61,345 nucleotides of DNA from a bacterium (lineage in GTDB: Bacteria; Pseudomonadota; Alphaproteobacteria; Rs-D84; CACZYB01): assembly GCA_014803575.1 (NCBI GenBank), contig JAAVBO010000009.1:1-61345 (forward strand), read 5' to 3'. Under the pieces are notes generated by a model that had not been told where the DNA came from, did not search any database, and saw nothing but the letters and a program-made list of their open reading frames with translations. A program made the position numbers and the translations under genes. This document shows, piece after piece, positions 18,779 through 29,681 of the stretch (the first letter of the stretch is position 1; every line of letters starts with the position of its first letter).

Positions 18779-19792
18779 TTATAAGCCATTGCGCGCGCCG
18801 TTCTGCACTAGCCTTATCTTAAATTCGCGCTTCTTTATAGCTTTATTATATGTGTCAATCCATTTTTGCTGCGCAGCTTGTATGTTCTTGTCATTAGGAT
18901 ATTTCTTCATTATAGCTTTGCACTGCAAAATCTTTTTCTCTAAGTCAGCGATAACCTTGTCTTTAAGCTCTTGCTGATATATAGGATTTTCTGGATTATA
19001 TGGATTATACGTGCTGTCAGTATTCTGACTAACTGTTTCTGAACGCTGTTCAGCCTTGCGCTGCTTAGCGTCATTAAACTTGTCAACAACTTTGTCTACT
19101 AAAGGCTGCGCCCAGCTTGTGTAGCCGCCGCCTCGCTGCTGTGCTTGCGGCGCTTGTTGCTGAGGCATTTTCTGTCTAGCCTGCTGCGTGCGCGTATTGC
19201 CGCGCATAGCGTTATCTACATAGCCAGGCGCTTTAGGCAGCTGTTGTTTTGTTTGCTGTGCTTGCGGCGCTTGCTGGGCGTTCTGATTGTTTTGCGTAGC
19301 AATAGATTTTGATGCTTGTGGCTGTGGCGATTGTGGAGCTTGCTTAGGCATCTTGAGCAGTGTCTTTGCCATAGTTCTGTCAAGCATAGCTCCAGATATG
19401 TCAAAGTTCTTCGGCACGCTGTTAGGAAACCTGCGCCTTATATTAGCTTCAATAGCCCTCAAGCGAAACTTAAGGGCTTTTGCATTTTGGTTAGGATTGT
19501 TTTTAAGCACAGCAGCAATCTGCTGTTCCAGCTCTCTCTTAGCTTCTGGGTCAGTTATATTGTTGTCTATATAGCTCTGCCACTTGGTGCCTTTATTAAA
19601 TGAAACATTTCTGCCTGTATTAGGGTCTGTCCTGTGATACCTGTTAGCTGTGTCTTTAAAGTTTTTGAACAAGCCGTTAGAGCCAACATATTTAGACGTG
19701 TCTCTTATTCCGCCGCTAAAAGGCTCGCTCACAGCTTGCTTAGCTTTCTCTTCCTGCTCTTCTGTAGGCTCAATGTATTCATTATCGTTCAT
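18779..19792 (-). CDS. Q-rich putative internal virion protein, 337 aa
   Basis: GAGGTG upstream of ATG at 19792. Consensus promoter 19812..19847 lies just upstream. Contains PQAQQ-type repeats. Confidence 0.55.
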   Translation of the reverse strand: MNDNEYIEPTEEQEEKAKQAVSEPFSGGIRDTSKYVGSNGLFKNFKDTANRYHRTDPNTGRNVSFNKGTKWQSYIDNNITDPEAKRELEQQIAAVLKNNPNQNAKALKFRLRAIEANIRRRFPNSVPKNFDISGAMLDRTMAKTLLKMPKQAPQSPQPQASKSIATQNNQNAQQAPQAQQTKQQLPKAPGYVDNAMRGNTRTQQARQKMPQQQAPQAQQRGGGYTSWAQPLVDKVVDKFNDAKQRKAEQRSETVSQNTDSTYNPYNPENPIYQQELKDKVIADLEKKILQCKAIMKKYPNDKNIQAAQQKWIDTYNKAIKKREFKIRLVQNGARNGL

Positions 19793-19811
19793 AAAGCACC
19801 TCAATCATTTA

Positions 19812-19847
19812 ATTATAGCGCTAGCACATAAAAATGTAAATGTGTAT
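19812..19847 (-). promoter_or_regulatory. consensus sigma70-type promoter (ATACACATTTACA-17-TATAAT)
   Basis: TTTACA at 19840..19835, a 17-nt spacer and TATAAT at 19817..19812. Upstream of 18779..19792. Confidence 0.7.
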
Positions 19848-19851
19848 AAAA

Positions 19852-22800
19852 TCACAGCTCTTTAAGCTTGCTCACGTCAATTTGCTGCGTAAGCTGCTCT
19901 GCGCGCCTTGACGTCATGACTTTGTACTCACAATCTATGCTTGATATAGCAATGTACTGGTCTGACCAGATATGCAGGCGCTCTCTGTTGCCCATGCCAT
20001 TGTTGCCTTGGAACCTGAACGAGTAGTATCCGTAATTGCCGTCGCGAGTGAACAGCTCTTTTTGCAGATAAACGTGCGTAGGCCTAGTCACTTTCTTTCC
20101 GCCTGGAGTCATAGTCTCAGCTACTATATTAACACAAGCATAGTTGTCAACGCCATAAATCAAGTCCATTTCAATAGGCCAGCAGAACGTCACGACCCAC
20201 TCAAACATGCAGTCTGTGTCTTCGTTGCTGCCTAAAGCGCTAGTAACAAGCACAAACGGATTGTACGTCCAGCCGTCTACTCCAGACACTTCTGACATAA
20301 CGTCAGCATACTTTTCCCTGTAAACTCTGTGGGTTACATACTTCTCCCTGTTCATTTTAGACCACTTGCCTAAATTGTTCTTCAACGAGTCAAGCATGTG
20401 CTCTACGAATATGCTCCTATTTATTATAACACGGTTAGGCCCTTGGTAAGCAAGGCCTGACGGCAGAGACACGACTTTAAACCATGAGCGGTCGTTGAAT
20501 ATAGTGGTTATTGGAGGAGGAAGCTCTCCAGACACTTGGCTTTTTGAAAGCACAGGCATGACTATATTGTCTGTTTCAGTGTCCTTGTCTTCAACCTCTG
20601 CATTGAGCCTCTTGAAAGTCATCAAGCTTGGCAATACAACCTCTTGGTTAACGAAGTCCCAGTAGCCTTTCTGCACGTCCCTGAAACGCTCCATTGTGTC
20701 CATTTTAGTAAGGCTGCTGCCTGTAAATATATAGAACGCCCTGGTGCTTTCGCTATAGAAGTATGCTTCTGTTGGCGTAGAGCCAATATACCTGAGGCCT
20801 GAGATAGGTATAATGTCGCTCACTATGTCCACACCGTCTTTCGTATTCACTGAGCAGATGTACTCTTCAGTAGCACGGTACACGTTTTTACCTATATTAA
20901 AGTCTATTGACAGCGGAGCCTTGTAAGCAGTCTGGTTGTTAGCTATCTCAGTGCACATGCTTGTGATGCCTTCTACAACGCCTAGCGGCATAGCTGTAAG
21001 CGTCTTTACTACAGCAGGGAGCGTAGACAAATGCTCAGTGAACACAGGCACTGCCAAGCGCTTCAAGTCTTTATCTTCTCCAATTGTACCAGCTTCAAGC
21101 CCTTTCTCTCTTGAGGCCACTGTCATTTGCGTCCACAGCTTGTCAATGCTCTCTATAGCTTGCACAGGCTCAGACTCAAAGTTGCCTTGCAGCTCATTTG
21201 CTGGCAGCTTGTTAGACCTCTTGAACCTGTCGTTCACTTGGAACGAGTACCAGAACGCCTGCCTGTTCTTGCCCATTCCAGGCGAGCCTACAAGGTTAAC
21301 CAAGCGATAAGACATGCCGTCAAAAGCATGGTACAGCTTGTTGTCTAAAATGCTGTTATATCCAGTGCAGTTAAGAGCTATAACGTTAGGCGTTATAGCG
21401 TAAGGCCTCATATATGCTTTCTCAACGCCGCGCTTAACTTCAACAGCTGCATACGGACAAGCGACTCCGCAGAAAGATTCGTTAACAATCATGTTGCTAG
21501 GAGGGCAGCTGATAATCTTAGTGTCTTTTACTGCAATCCACTGAGTCATGCCGTACGTGCAGCACATCGATAAGTCCCAGTCTTTGTCAATGACATAGTC
21601 CTGGAACAAAGACGGCGCAAACGCAGGCTCTGACACGCCTATGTTCTCGTTCTTAAACGCTGTGTTAGGCAATATCCTGCTCACGCCTTCAACGCACGCC
21701 ATGTCGTCTGGAAGCGTTTTTTCCTCAGCGTCACCGTATGGCGCTGCCTGGTAAAACGGCACGTTGCCTTTCATATAGTAAGCACGGAACGTGTCGCCTG
21801 CTTCAGTATCATAGTCTTCTTTAGTGTTGTCATATGTCCATGAGCCGCCGCATTTTTCTTTAGCAGTGGATTCAGAAGCTCTCAAGTTGCTAGAGTATTT
21901 AGGCACTTGCCAGCTGAAAATGTCCGTGTTCAGCTTGTTCATGTTGCTAGTGTCATACTTTTTCACTGAGCTAAGCGTCAGCTTCCATGGCGTATTCTTA
22001 ACGCCGCATTCTACATGCTCATCAGTATACTTGACGCTTCCTGACGCTATCCCCCAGCAAGGCCACATGAACACCTCGTTCTTCTCGCCGTACTTATGCT
22101 TGCCTTCGACGCTGAGAGCTTTCCTTGAAACAGCCCCGTCTTGCGTTACCACCAAGCCGTTGCTGCACATAACGTCTAAAATCTTGTCTATAGCTTCAAG
22201 AGCATACTTCTGAGCTGCGATGACGGCTCGTATAGCTGTAGCAGTAGCATGCAACGCTACTCCAACTAAGCCCAAGCTGTTGGCGCAAACCATCTGAGCT
22301 GCTGTGGCCTCAGCTGCCTTGTCAATGCCATCTGCAACATACTCTTCAATCCTTATAGCAGTGCCTATCTGCAACGTTGTCAACGAGCGCAAGCATAAGA
22401 AGAACTGCTGCACGCTTCCTTGCACTTGAACGTCTGTTACAGACTGCGCCACGCAGTCAGCTACAAACTGGTGCTCAACAAAGCCAGGCCCTGCAAAAAC
22501 GCGCTGCTGGTCAGACGTAGAATAGAACATGTCTAGCGACTTAAGCCCTGTAACAGCTGACGTCAATCCAGAGTCATTCTTAGACTGCGTGACTATAGCT
22601 GACGCTAGTAAGTCGCCTGTGTTAGCCATAGCGTTGTCAACAAACTTTCTTCCCAAGTCGCTTATCGCGCTCTGGTTGAGCTCCTCATTTACAGACTGCT
22701 TTCTGTCCAAGACGTTAAGGCTTTGCGAGAATGACGCCATTAGCACTGTAAGCATGTTGTCACCGAACTTTAGCTCTGTGTCAGCGCTCTGCGTAAACTT

Positions 22801-25800
22801 CTGCTTGTCAAACACAAAGTCAGAGCTGAGCAGCGGGTCAGTCTGCCTGTTCGTCTTCTCATTTATTCCTGAGCCTATGCCGTCGTCTTGCGCTTCTTTT
22901 TCAGGCTTGCTGTTAGAGCTGTTATAGTGGACGTAAGCGTACTGGCCGAAAGTCTGCTGCAAGTATATAATCTGAGCGAACCGCGGAGCAAGCGCATATA
23001 GCATTGGGTGAGTCAACGCGACGTCTAGTATATTCCAAACTGTTTGAGCAGCGCCGTCAAAACTAAGCATTTCTTTAAACTGAATAAATTGGACGAACTT
23101 GTCGCCAAACACCGAGCTCGCCCAAGACGGAGACTTATATACGGAAGCGTAGTTGTTCGTTATAGGCAGCAGCTGCTTAGTGAACGAGCCGTCTTCAAAA
23201 GACAAATGAGACACTATTCCATGCACTTTTTTAGATATATACCATTGCTGCTCGCTAGTCCCTACAACACGGTCAGTTATATTGTTCGCGTCGTTTACAT
23301 CACCAACCTCATTAGCAGCGTCAAGATTATTCAAATAGTCTCTATAATTGCTGCTGTCAAGAACGCTCAAAGGCTCGACCTTTCCATCGAAACCTTTATT
23401 AACGTCAAAGTTGCCGTCAGGAATCTGGCCTCCAGTCAAGTCTCCATGCAAGCCTACATAGCCGTACCCTTGAATCACTTTTACAAGCGACTTCTTGTTC
23501 AAGTCTATCACCATGGCCCATTGGTCAAAGTTATTAGACAAATGAACGCCTATTATAAGCCAGTCGCCTACAACTGTGTTAGACCAGTCAGCTTTAGACA
23601 GCAGCTGCGAAGCGTTCAAAGGATTGTAAGTGTTGAACACGGCTGCATTGTCTTCCATAATGACGTCATTCAAGTCGTCGCCTAAATTGCGCTGCCTAAC
23701 CCTTATCCTCTGCTCAAGCAGCTTGCTGAACGCGTTGCGCGGCTCATATACCTTTATCAGCGCATAGCCGTTGTCTTCTTGAACCGTAACAAGCATCGCC
23801 TGCCTGCTAGACTTGTACATGTTAGTGACAAAATGCTGCATTATGCTTGTAGGCAGCACTTCGTGGCGGCCTATCTCGAAGACCTTCTCAAACCTCTCTC
23901 CATCCCAGTCGTGCAGCTCTCCGGTGTTGCGCTTCAACACTAAGCTGCCGCTGTTAAGCTCAAGGACATGCTTGCTGTCAATCCACCAAAAGTTCTCAAC
24001 TTCAACCGTGCTGTTCCATTGCTGCTTCAGCAGCTGGTACTGGCCTAGCTGCTCTATCTTGCCAATCTTCTTAGTCTTGTTAGTCTTTATGTCTGTCGAG
24101 AGGACATACACTCCAGTGTCCACGTCTCTAGACAAATCCCATTTAAATGTCTTGCCGTTATAAGTGAACGACGCTATTGAGCCGTCTATTTTCCCTGTAA
24201 ATATGTCTTTTATAAAGGCGTTGCACTTAACAGCAATAATACGCTCTATCTTTACGCGCTGGCCGTCTTGCATTGTGACTACGTCTGTCGTCACGTTTTT
24301 AATAGGGTCTACAGTGGCGCGGCTCTGCACGCTATAAGTAGCTTGATGTATGCCATCTGATATAACGCACCTGTCGCCATCAGAAGAAACAAGAGTATAC
24401 TTGCTAAGCTGCACGAACTTGGCAGTGTTGTTCTTATACGTTAAGTCAAGGTTAAGGTAAAGCACGACTCTTTCTTTAGAAACTGTAGTGGAGTTACTAC
24501 TGTCATCTCTAGTTGTATAGTACCCATAGCTGCTGACCTTTACATTCTCAGTTACATTAGACAGTATGTCTGCATTGACGTCACATATAGTGTCTCCAAC
24601 TCCGTCGCCGCCAGCAGTGCTATAGTGCAATACCAAATCCTTGTTCGGGAACTTCAGCTTTATGTCTCTCTTCAGCGTGCTAAAGTTTATGTCGCCTAGC
24701 TCATACTCAATGTTATTTAGCAGCTTGTAATGCGAGTCAAAGAATATATGCTTAACGCTCTTTTCATTTATATTTGAAAACTTAGTAGATACAGATATTG
24801 GATAGTTGCTGAATGAAGGCAGCCAGTTTAATTCAAGCACTGAGTTATAAGCCACTACGCTCATGTTGCCTTCATCACTATTTACGTCGCCATAAGCTAT
24901 TCCAGGTATATAATAGTCGCATACAGTCTCCACCATCTTGTTGTCTTTTAAAATCGTGCTTTTCTTAGCATAGAAAAGGCTTGGCTCATAGTCTAGCTCT
25001 TTGAGCTTTTCAAGAGTTATGCTGAACGAACCTACATGCTTTACATTGCCGTTGCTGTCTTCTTCTTTGTAATGCGGCCTGCGCGAATTCTCAACGACGT
25101 CAAACATGTGGATGCATTTGCTGCCAGCTATATCCCTGTCAAAGTACACTGTGTCTTTGCTGCCAGACAGCTGGCTTGTAGGAACTGTCTCAAGCTTAAA
25201 TATAACTTTTTCATTCTTGTCTTCGCCGTCAATCGCGCCATTTCCAATGGGCTTGTCGTTTATATTGCTCGCATTAACTATCTTCGTATACGTCAGCCTT
25301 GTCTCTGAATTGCCCCATATAGGCCAGCCTACCTTTATGCCTTGGTTTATGTCGCCAGCGCAATACGGCTGCGCGCTGCTGTCAACAGCTTCTACTCCAG
25401 CGTTCAGCTTATAGGCTTCAGGAGAGCATTTGCCGCGGCTATACTTCACGAGCAAGCTGCTAAACCAGTCCGAACTGCCAGCGTTCTGCTGCACAAACTT
25501 GCCATCTGAATACTTGTAGTTTATTCCGAACACTATCTCTGAAGACACAAGGCTAGCCCTCGCCGTTTTTATAGCGCCTTTGCCATCGCTATCCTTTTCA
25601 CTATACACTAAGTTCATGTAGTTGTCAGGCCCGAAGTAGTACGGCAAGTCATGCTTCTGGTTGTTATATGATATGCTTCCTTTCTTGTAGCTTTTTGCCA
25701 GCCTGTTATTATACTGGTTTGTAGCGTCTTTAGAGTGGTGCCACACTTTAGTCACTATGTTTGACTCTGAAATGCCGCTGCTGTTTTCAAAAGGAATGAC

Positions 25801-28017
25801 GCCTACAGTGTTGCCAAACGGCACAGCGTACTTGCTATCAAACTCATATACTCCAGGGTCAGCATAATACAGCTCGTCTGACTCTTCAACTATCTTAACT
25901 TCAATATTGTTATAATCAAGATACGTTGTGTCATTGCTCAAAGCATAAGGGTCGAACACGTCATAAGGGCTAGGCTTTCCCTGGTACCACTTCTTCCAGT
26001 TCTTGTCAAATATGTCTTTTTCTTTCTGATAGTCTGACTGGTCTTCAAAGTCAGACTTCTTCAAGAACTTAAAGTCAAACGCTGCTATGTGCCTAATTAC
26101 AACTCTCTCCCTTTTATATGTTTTAGGCGTTACAGCTGTGTTTTTAGGGTCCACAGCAGAATCATATCTACCTAACACTTCAAATTTGAGATTGCTAAAT
26201 ACGCCAACTAAATGTATTGTACCATCGCTATATTTTTCTGCATAATAGCAGCCTTTATGCACAACGCCACTGTTGTCTTTAATGTTGAACTTTGGAACAT
26301 ACTGAAAAGGCCAGAAATCAGCTCCATTTTCATTAACATATCTAGATTCAAACGTACCGCCTATATACCTGCCACTGCTATCATATAGCTCATCATATGT
26401 TTTTGCAGCTTGGTCTTCTCTATATAATCCGTATACAATGCCAATAAACTTGGCGATTATGTTTGAAACATTGAGCTGTTCTGTTAGCAATGTATTTATA
26501 GCGTATGAATTTTCATCTGTAGTTACAGTAGTGTCTATGTCATCTGTTTTACGCTTTATCGATGTAACGTTGCTTATATCTTTTGTAGCATACATCTTGC
26601 TACTAGGCTCAAATATATTAAAGAAATCATCATTATAATCAAGATAATCATTAGGGTTAATGCTAAAGCTGCTGCTGAAAGAATAACAATACCCAAGATA
26701 TTTGTTCATTGTATCAGTGTTTTTTTCACGAATGTTAGCGTATTGCCTTGACGAGCCTAGCCACAGCTCGTCATTTAACGTGCTTCTCTTACAGCCAAAT
26801 ATGAAAGTATTCAAAGATACGGATATAGTGTTTCCAATAGATATTTGGTTGAACCTTAGCTTGAGCCCTTGTATAGGCTTGTACTCCTTGTCTTTGTCAG
26901 CTTCAGAAGTGCTTATATCGTACTCCTCGCCAAACACATTAAGAGCTTTTCCCTTGAACGTTGTCTTTGCGCTGCTCACCAAGCGCACTTCACCATTGTC
27001 CACGTTGTCACACTTCTTTGCGCTCGAAGTGCCTATGTTAAATCCTGCGCTAGCTACAGCCCATAATGGAACCTTATAGTTTATAACTAGGCCTTTGCTG
27101 TCGCCAGCCTTGAGCGTAGTGCCGCTAACATCAGCAGTGTACTTGTTAAACTTCAAGCTTTGCGACGGATTTTCTGTACCTATAAGCATGTCTTTTCCGT
27201 TAGTCTGGTCAGTGCAATTTACATATTGGAATGAAGTATAGAAAGAAGACATGTTATACATAATCTCTATGCTTTCTTTTGTATCATTGTATGTATAGTC
27301 AAACGTTATCTGGTTTCCTTTTACTGTAGGCGTCAGCGCTTTGCCTTCAGGAGTTGTGAGCTTCTTATCGCTCAAGCTGTATTTGTAGCTTCCCCATGAA
27401 TGGACGCCGTCCTTATAGCCAGTGTAGTTTATTCCTTCAATGCTGTCTCCAGAAAGCTTATAGCCTACAAGCATGTCAAAGTCAAGCAAGAAATAGCTCT
27501 CCAAGTCTTTTACAGTGAACGTTATAGAATAGTCGCTGTTCAACGTATAATCTAGCCCAAACTTGCTGGCGTCTGACTTGTTAAGCAGCTTCTTGTTTGC
27601 AGAGTCCCACTGCAGCTTGTACGGCTTTCCGTTAACGCTTCCAGCTATATCGCTGCCATTTACTTCTATGTCGCCTACAACAGCTACGCTCTCTGGAACC
27701 ACGTACACTTTATAAACAGGGTTATACGCCTTCTCGCTCTCATACACATTCAGCGTCTTCACGTACTTGTTGAACTGGCCCAAGCCAACAAAACAGCCGT
27801 TCTGGCTTTCACGGCTAGTGTTGTAGTCAAAGTTATACACTGACCATCCAGCAGCCCAGCCGTTTTTCTCAAACCTCAAGCTGTTAGGAAGGTATTTGCC
27901 CTGATACTTCTGCCAGTTATGCTGGAACGTCTGGCTTTGAAAAGGCACGAGCATGTCGCTCGTGTGTATGTCTAACCCTGCTTCAAGGTTTATTCTTGCT
28001 TTGCTTCCGCCTTCCAT
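19852..28017 (-). CDS. giant virion-module protein of unknown function, 2721 aa
   Basis: Uninterrupted 8166-nt ORF. GAGGTGG lies 7 nt upstream of an ATG whose first base (28017) is also the last base of the stop codon of the portal-like gene. No catalytic motif could be assigned by eye. Confidence 0.8.
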   Translation of the reverse strand: MEGGSKARINLEAGLDIHTSDMLVPFQSQTFQHNWQKYQGKYLPNSLRFEKNGWAAGWSVYNFDYNTSRESQNGCFVGLGQFNKYVKTLNVYESEKAYNPVYKVYVVPESVAVVGDIEVNGSDIAGSVNGKPYKLQWDSANKKLLNKSDASKFGLDYTLNSDYSITFTVKDLESYFLLDFDMLVGYKLSGDSIEGINYTGYKDGVHSWGSYKYSLSDKKLTTPEGKALTPTVKGNQITFDYTYNDTKESIEIMYNMSSFYTSFQYVNCTDQTNGKDMLIGTENPSQSLKFNKYTADVSGTTLKAGDSKGLVINYKVPLWAVASAGFNIGTSSAKKCDNVDNGEVRLVSSAKTTFKGKALNVFGEEYDISTSEADKDKEYKPIQGLKLRFNQISIGNTISVSLNTFIFGCKRSTLNDELWLGSSRQYANIREKNTDTMNKYLGYCYSFSSSFSINPNDYLDYNDDFFNIFEPSSKMYATKDISNVTSIKRKTDDIDTTVTTDENSYAINTLLTEQLNVSNIIAKFIGIVYGLYREDQAAKTYDELYDSSGRYIGGTFESRYVNENGADFWPFQYVPKFNIKDNSGVVHKGCYYAEKYSDGTIHLVGVFSNLKFEVLGRYDSAVDPKNTAVTPKTYKRERVVIRHIAAFDFKFLKKSDFEDQSDYQKEKDIFDKNWKKWYQGKPSPYDVFDPYALSNDTTYLDYNNIEVKIVEESDELYYADPGVYEFDSKYAVPFGNTVGVIPFENSSGISESNIVTKVWHHSKDATNQYNNRLAKSYKKGSISYNNQKHDLPYYFGPDNYMNLVYSEKDSDGKGAIKTARASLVSSEIVFGINYKYSDGKFVQQNAGSSDWFSSLLVKYSRGKCSPEAYKLNAGVEAVDSSAQPYCAGDINQGIKVGWPIWGNSETRLTYTKIVNASNINDKPIGNGAIDGEDKNEKVIFKLETVPTSQLSGSKDTVYFDRDIAGSKCIHMFDVVENSRRPHYKEEDSNGNVKHVGSFSITLEKLKELDYEPSLFYAKKSTILKDNKMVETVCDYYIPGIAYGDVNSDEGNMSVVAYNSVLELNWLPSFSNYPISVSTKFSNINEKSVKHIFFDSHYKLLNNIEYELGDINFSTLKRDIKLKFPNKDLVLHYSTAGGDGVGDTICDVNADILSNVTENVKVSSYGYYTTRDDSSNSTTVSKERVVLYLNLDLTYKNNTAKFVQLSKYTLVSSDGDRCVISDGIHQATYSVQSRATVDPIKNVTTDVVTMQDGQRVKIERIIAVKCNAFIKDIFTGKIDGSIASFTYNGKTFKWDLSRDVDTGVYVLSTDIKTNKTKKIGKIEQLGQYQLLKQQWNSTVEVENFWWIDSKHVLELNSGSLVLKRNTGELHDWDGERFEKVFEIGRHEVLPTSIMQHFVTNMYKSSRQAMLVTVQEDNGYALIKVYEPRNAFSKLLEQRIRVRQRNLGDDLNDVIMEDNAAVFNTYNPLNASQLLSKADWSNTVVGDWLIIGVHLSNNFDQWAMVIDLNKKSLVKVIQGYGYVGLHGDLTGGQIPDGNFDVNKGFDGKVEPLSVLDSSNYRDYLNNLDAANEVGDVNDANNITDRVVGTSEQQWYISKKVHGIVSHLSFEDGSFTKQLLPITNNYASVYKSPSWASSVFGDKFVQFIQFKEMLSFDGAAQTVWNILDVALTHPMLYALAPRFAQIIYLQQTFGQYAYVHYNSSNSKPEKEAQDDGIGSGINEKTNRQTDPLLSSDFVFDKQKFTQSADTELKFGDNMLTVLMASFSQSLNVLDRKQSVNEELNQSAISDLGRKFVDNAMANTGDLLASAIVTQSKNDSGLTSAVTGLKSLDMFYSTSDQQRVFAGPGFVEHQFVADCVAQSVTDVQVQGSVQQFFLCLRSLTTLQIGTAIRIEEYVADGIDKAAEATAAQMVCANSLGLVGVALHATATAIRAVIAAQKYALEAIDKILDVMCSNGLVVTQDGAVSRKALSVEGKHKYGEKNEVFMWPCWGIASGSVKYTDEHVECGVKNTPWKLTLSSVKKYDTSNMNKLNTDIFSWQVPKYSSNLRASESTAKEKCGGSWTYDNTKEDYDTEAGDTFRAYYMKGNVPFYQAAPYGDAEEKTLPDDMACVEGVSRILPNTAFKNENIGVSEPAFAPSLFQDYVIDKDWDLSMCCTYGMTQWIAVKDTKIISCPPSNMIVNESFCGVACPYAAVEVKRGVEKAYMRPYAITPNVIALNCTGYNSILDNKLYHAFDGMSYRLVNLVGSPGMGKNRQAFWYSFQVNDRFKRSNKLPANELQGNFESEPVQAIESIDKLWTQMTVASREKGLEAGTIGEDKDLKRLAVPVFTEHLSTLPAVVKTLTAMPLGVVEGITSMCTEIANNQTAYKAPLSIDFNIGKNVYRATEEYICSVNTKDGVDIVSDIIPISGLRYIGSTPTEAYFYSESTRAFYIFTGSSLTKMDTMERFRDVQKGYWDFVNQEVVLPSLMTFKRLNAEVEDKDTETDNIVMPVLSKSQVSGELPPPITTIFNDRSWFKVVSLPSGLAYQGPNRVIINRSIFVEHMLDSLKNNLGKWSKMNREKYVTHRVYREKYADVMSEVSGVDGWTYNPFVLVTSALGSNEDTDCMFEWVVTFCWPIEMDLIYGVDNYACVNIVAETMTPGGKKVTRPTHVYLQKELFTRDGNYGYYSFRFQGNNGMGNRERLHIWSDQYIAISSIDCEYKVMTSRRAEQLTQQIDVSKLKEL

Positions 28018-29681
28018 TATATAACCACCTCGCCAATCTTAATGCTCTCAACAAAAGCAGATATAAGGAACGTATGGACGCTGTCAGGCACAGCGATTCC
28101 AAGCGCCTCAAACTTGATGAGCGTTACGGCAAGCATAAGCGTAACTTGCTGCCAGTTTATATAGTAAGGCAAAGATTCAAATGTAACCTTTCCCCTAACA
28201 ATGTCAAGCACAGCTCGCGCCACTGCAAGCTGCATATAGTCAATCGGCTCAGAGCGAGACTTATCCTCGTCGCTAAGCGGGTCGTTCAAATGCACAGGCT
28301 TTAGCGAAATGTACGCTGTGTCAATAAGCTCGTTAACAGCGTCCCAGTCCATGTTGCTGTCATTATTCTTATACCCAGCGTTATACTTTATATAAAGCGC
28401 CAGAGCATCACTTATAAAGTCTGCCAGGCCAGACAATTGAGCTTGGAACACACTATCTCTAGTCTGGTCCAAAGCTACAACTGCTGCGGCACTCCTCATA
28501 TTCTCCATGTCAAATGAGGCATTTTGTATACCTGCTAGCTCATACATAGCTGTCTTGTAATCTTGAACTGTAGCAGATATTTGCGGGTCCAGAGGCGTCG
28601 GGTTTATAACCGTCGCCAATGCGTCGAGCGGCCTCTGGCTGTCCACATATAAACATTCACCAGCACCATTCGTAATGCTCTTCATCGCCAGTTCAATGTC
28701 AGAGTTGAACACTGGCGTAGCGCCTTTGTAATTGCGAATGAGCTGCTGCTCCTTAGCGTTCATCTTGTTGATTTCACGCTGCAACGGATAAAGAATGTCG
28801 AAAAGCGACGCGCCCATAACGTTAGCAAAGCCAGTGTCCCATTTCATGATAGCGACAAGCACCTCATCAAACGGATAGTCTTTTGCTGGCAAAACCTTGC
28901 CGTCAATAGAAACATGACACGTGTGCGTCAAGCAGTTGAAGTACATGCACAAGTCAACGCTCACTTTGCTTGACATGCAATCAATCAGCTCCTTTAGCTC
29001 TCCTTTATCTGTAACCAGCTCTCTGACATACACAAGAGCCTGCGCTGAAGGGAAAGCATAGTCGCGGTAAAGCAGTTGGCTTATCTTGCCTTTGTTCATT
29101 TGGCTTTCAAATATGCCTATCTCATAGTCGTTGGCTTTGAAAAGCTTGCCTGTAAATGGGTCTATGAGCGCGTAAGAATAACCTAGCACTGCTGCGTCAT
29201 GGAACACGTCAATGCTCATGCGGTTAAACTTATCTTTATTTATATACATCCTAAGGATTCGCTCAACTTCGTCCTTATAGATAATATATTCAAAGTTCTG
29301 GTCTTCAGACATAAGGTAAGGCACAAACTGAATCGTGCCAAGCCTGCTAGTTATCTGGTCTATGATTTGCTTCAAATAGTTCTTAGACAAGCCAGTGCCA
29401 TAGTCAGAGCGCTCTTGGTCTACCCATGTGAAAGGGCTAGCAAGATAACTAGACGAGGCCCAGTCTGAGCCTTTAAGCGACGGAAACATCTTGTTATAAA
29501 ACGCGCAAATCTTCAAGTACTCTTTAGAATACTTGTTAGATATAATAGAGCTCAAGCGGTGGAAGTCAGTGCTTATCTCGTCTGGAATCTGCCAGTTCCT
29601 TGACTTCTCGCCTGGATAAAGAGAAGGCCTGTTTATCTGCTCAATCTCGTCATAGACGTACTCAATGCCATTTATTGTCAC
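28017..29681 (-). CDS. putative portal protein, 554 aa
   Basis: Call is by position and size: two genes downstream of the large terminase. GTG start (GTGA overlap with the upstream stop) preceded by AGAGGT. Confidence 0.5.
   Translation of the reverse strand: MTINGIEYVYDEIEQINRPSLYPGEKSRNWQIPDEISTDFHRLSSIISNKYSKEYLKICAFYNKMFPSLKGSDWASSSYLASPFTWVDQERSDYGTGLSKNYLKQIIDQITSRLGTIQFVPYLMSEDQNFEYIIYKDEVERILRMYINKDKFNRMSIDVFHDAAVLGYSYALIDPFTGKLFKANDYEIGIFESQMNKGKISQLLYRDYAFPSAQALVYVRELVTDKGELKELIDCMSSKVSVDLCMYFNCLTHTCHVSIDGKVLPAKDYPFDEVLVAIMKWDTGFANVMGASLFDILYPLQREINKMNAKEQQLIRNYKGATPVFNSDIELAMKSITNGAGECLYVDSQRPLDALATVINPTPLDPQISATVQDYKTAMYELAGIQNASFDMENMRSAAAVVALDQTRDSVFQAQLSGLADFISDALALYIKYNAGYKNNDSNMDWDAVNELIDTAYISLKPVHLNDPLSDEDKSRSEPIDYMQLAVARAVLDIVRGKVTFESLPYYINWQQVTLMLAVTLIKFEALGIAVPDSVHTFLISAFVESIKIGEVVI

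Noticed and set aside
19852-28017. The giant ORF as a virion RNA polymerase (N4 vRNAP-like or crAss-like two-barrel enzyme)
   Set aside because: I scanned for DxDGD/DFDID-type metal loops and for T7-like motifs (R-x3-K-x6-7-YG, hHD). I found only an isolated DKDWD (in YVIDKDWDLSM) with no supporting context. Late promoters look host sigma70-like. The idea remains a check to run, not a call.
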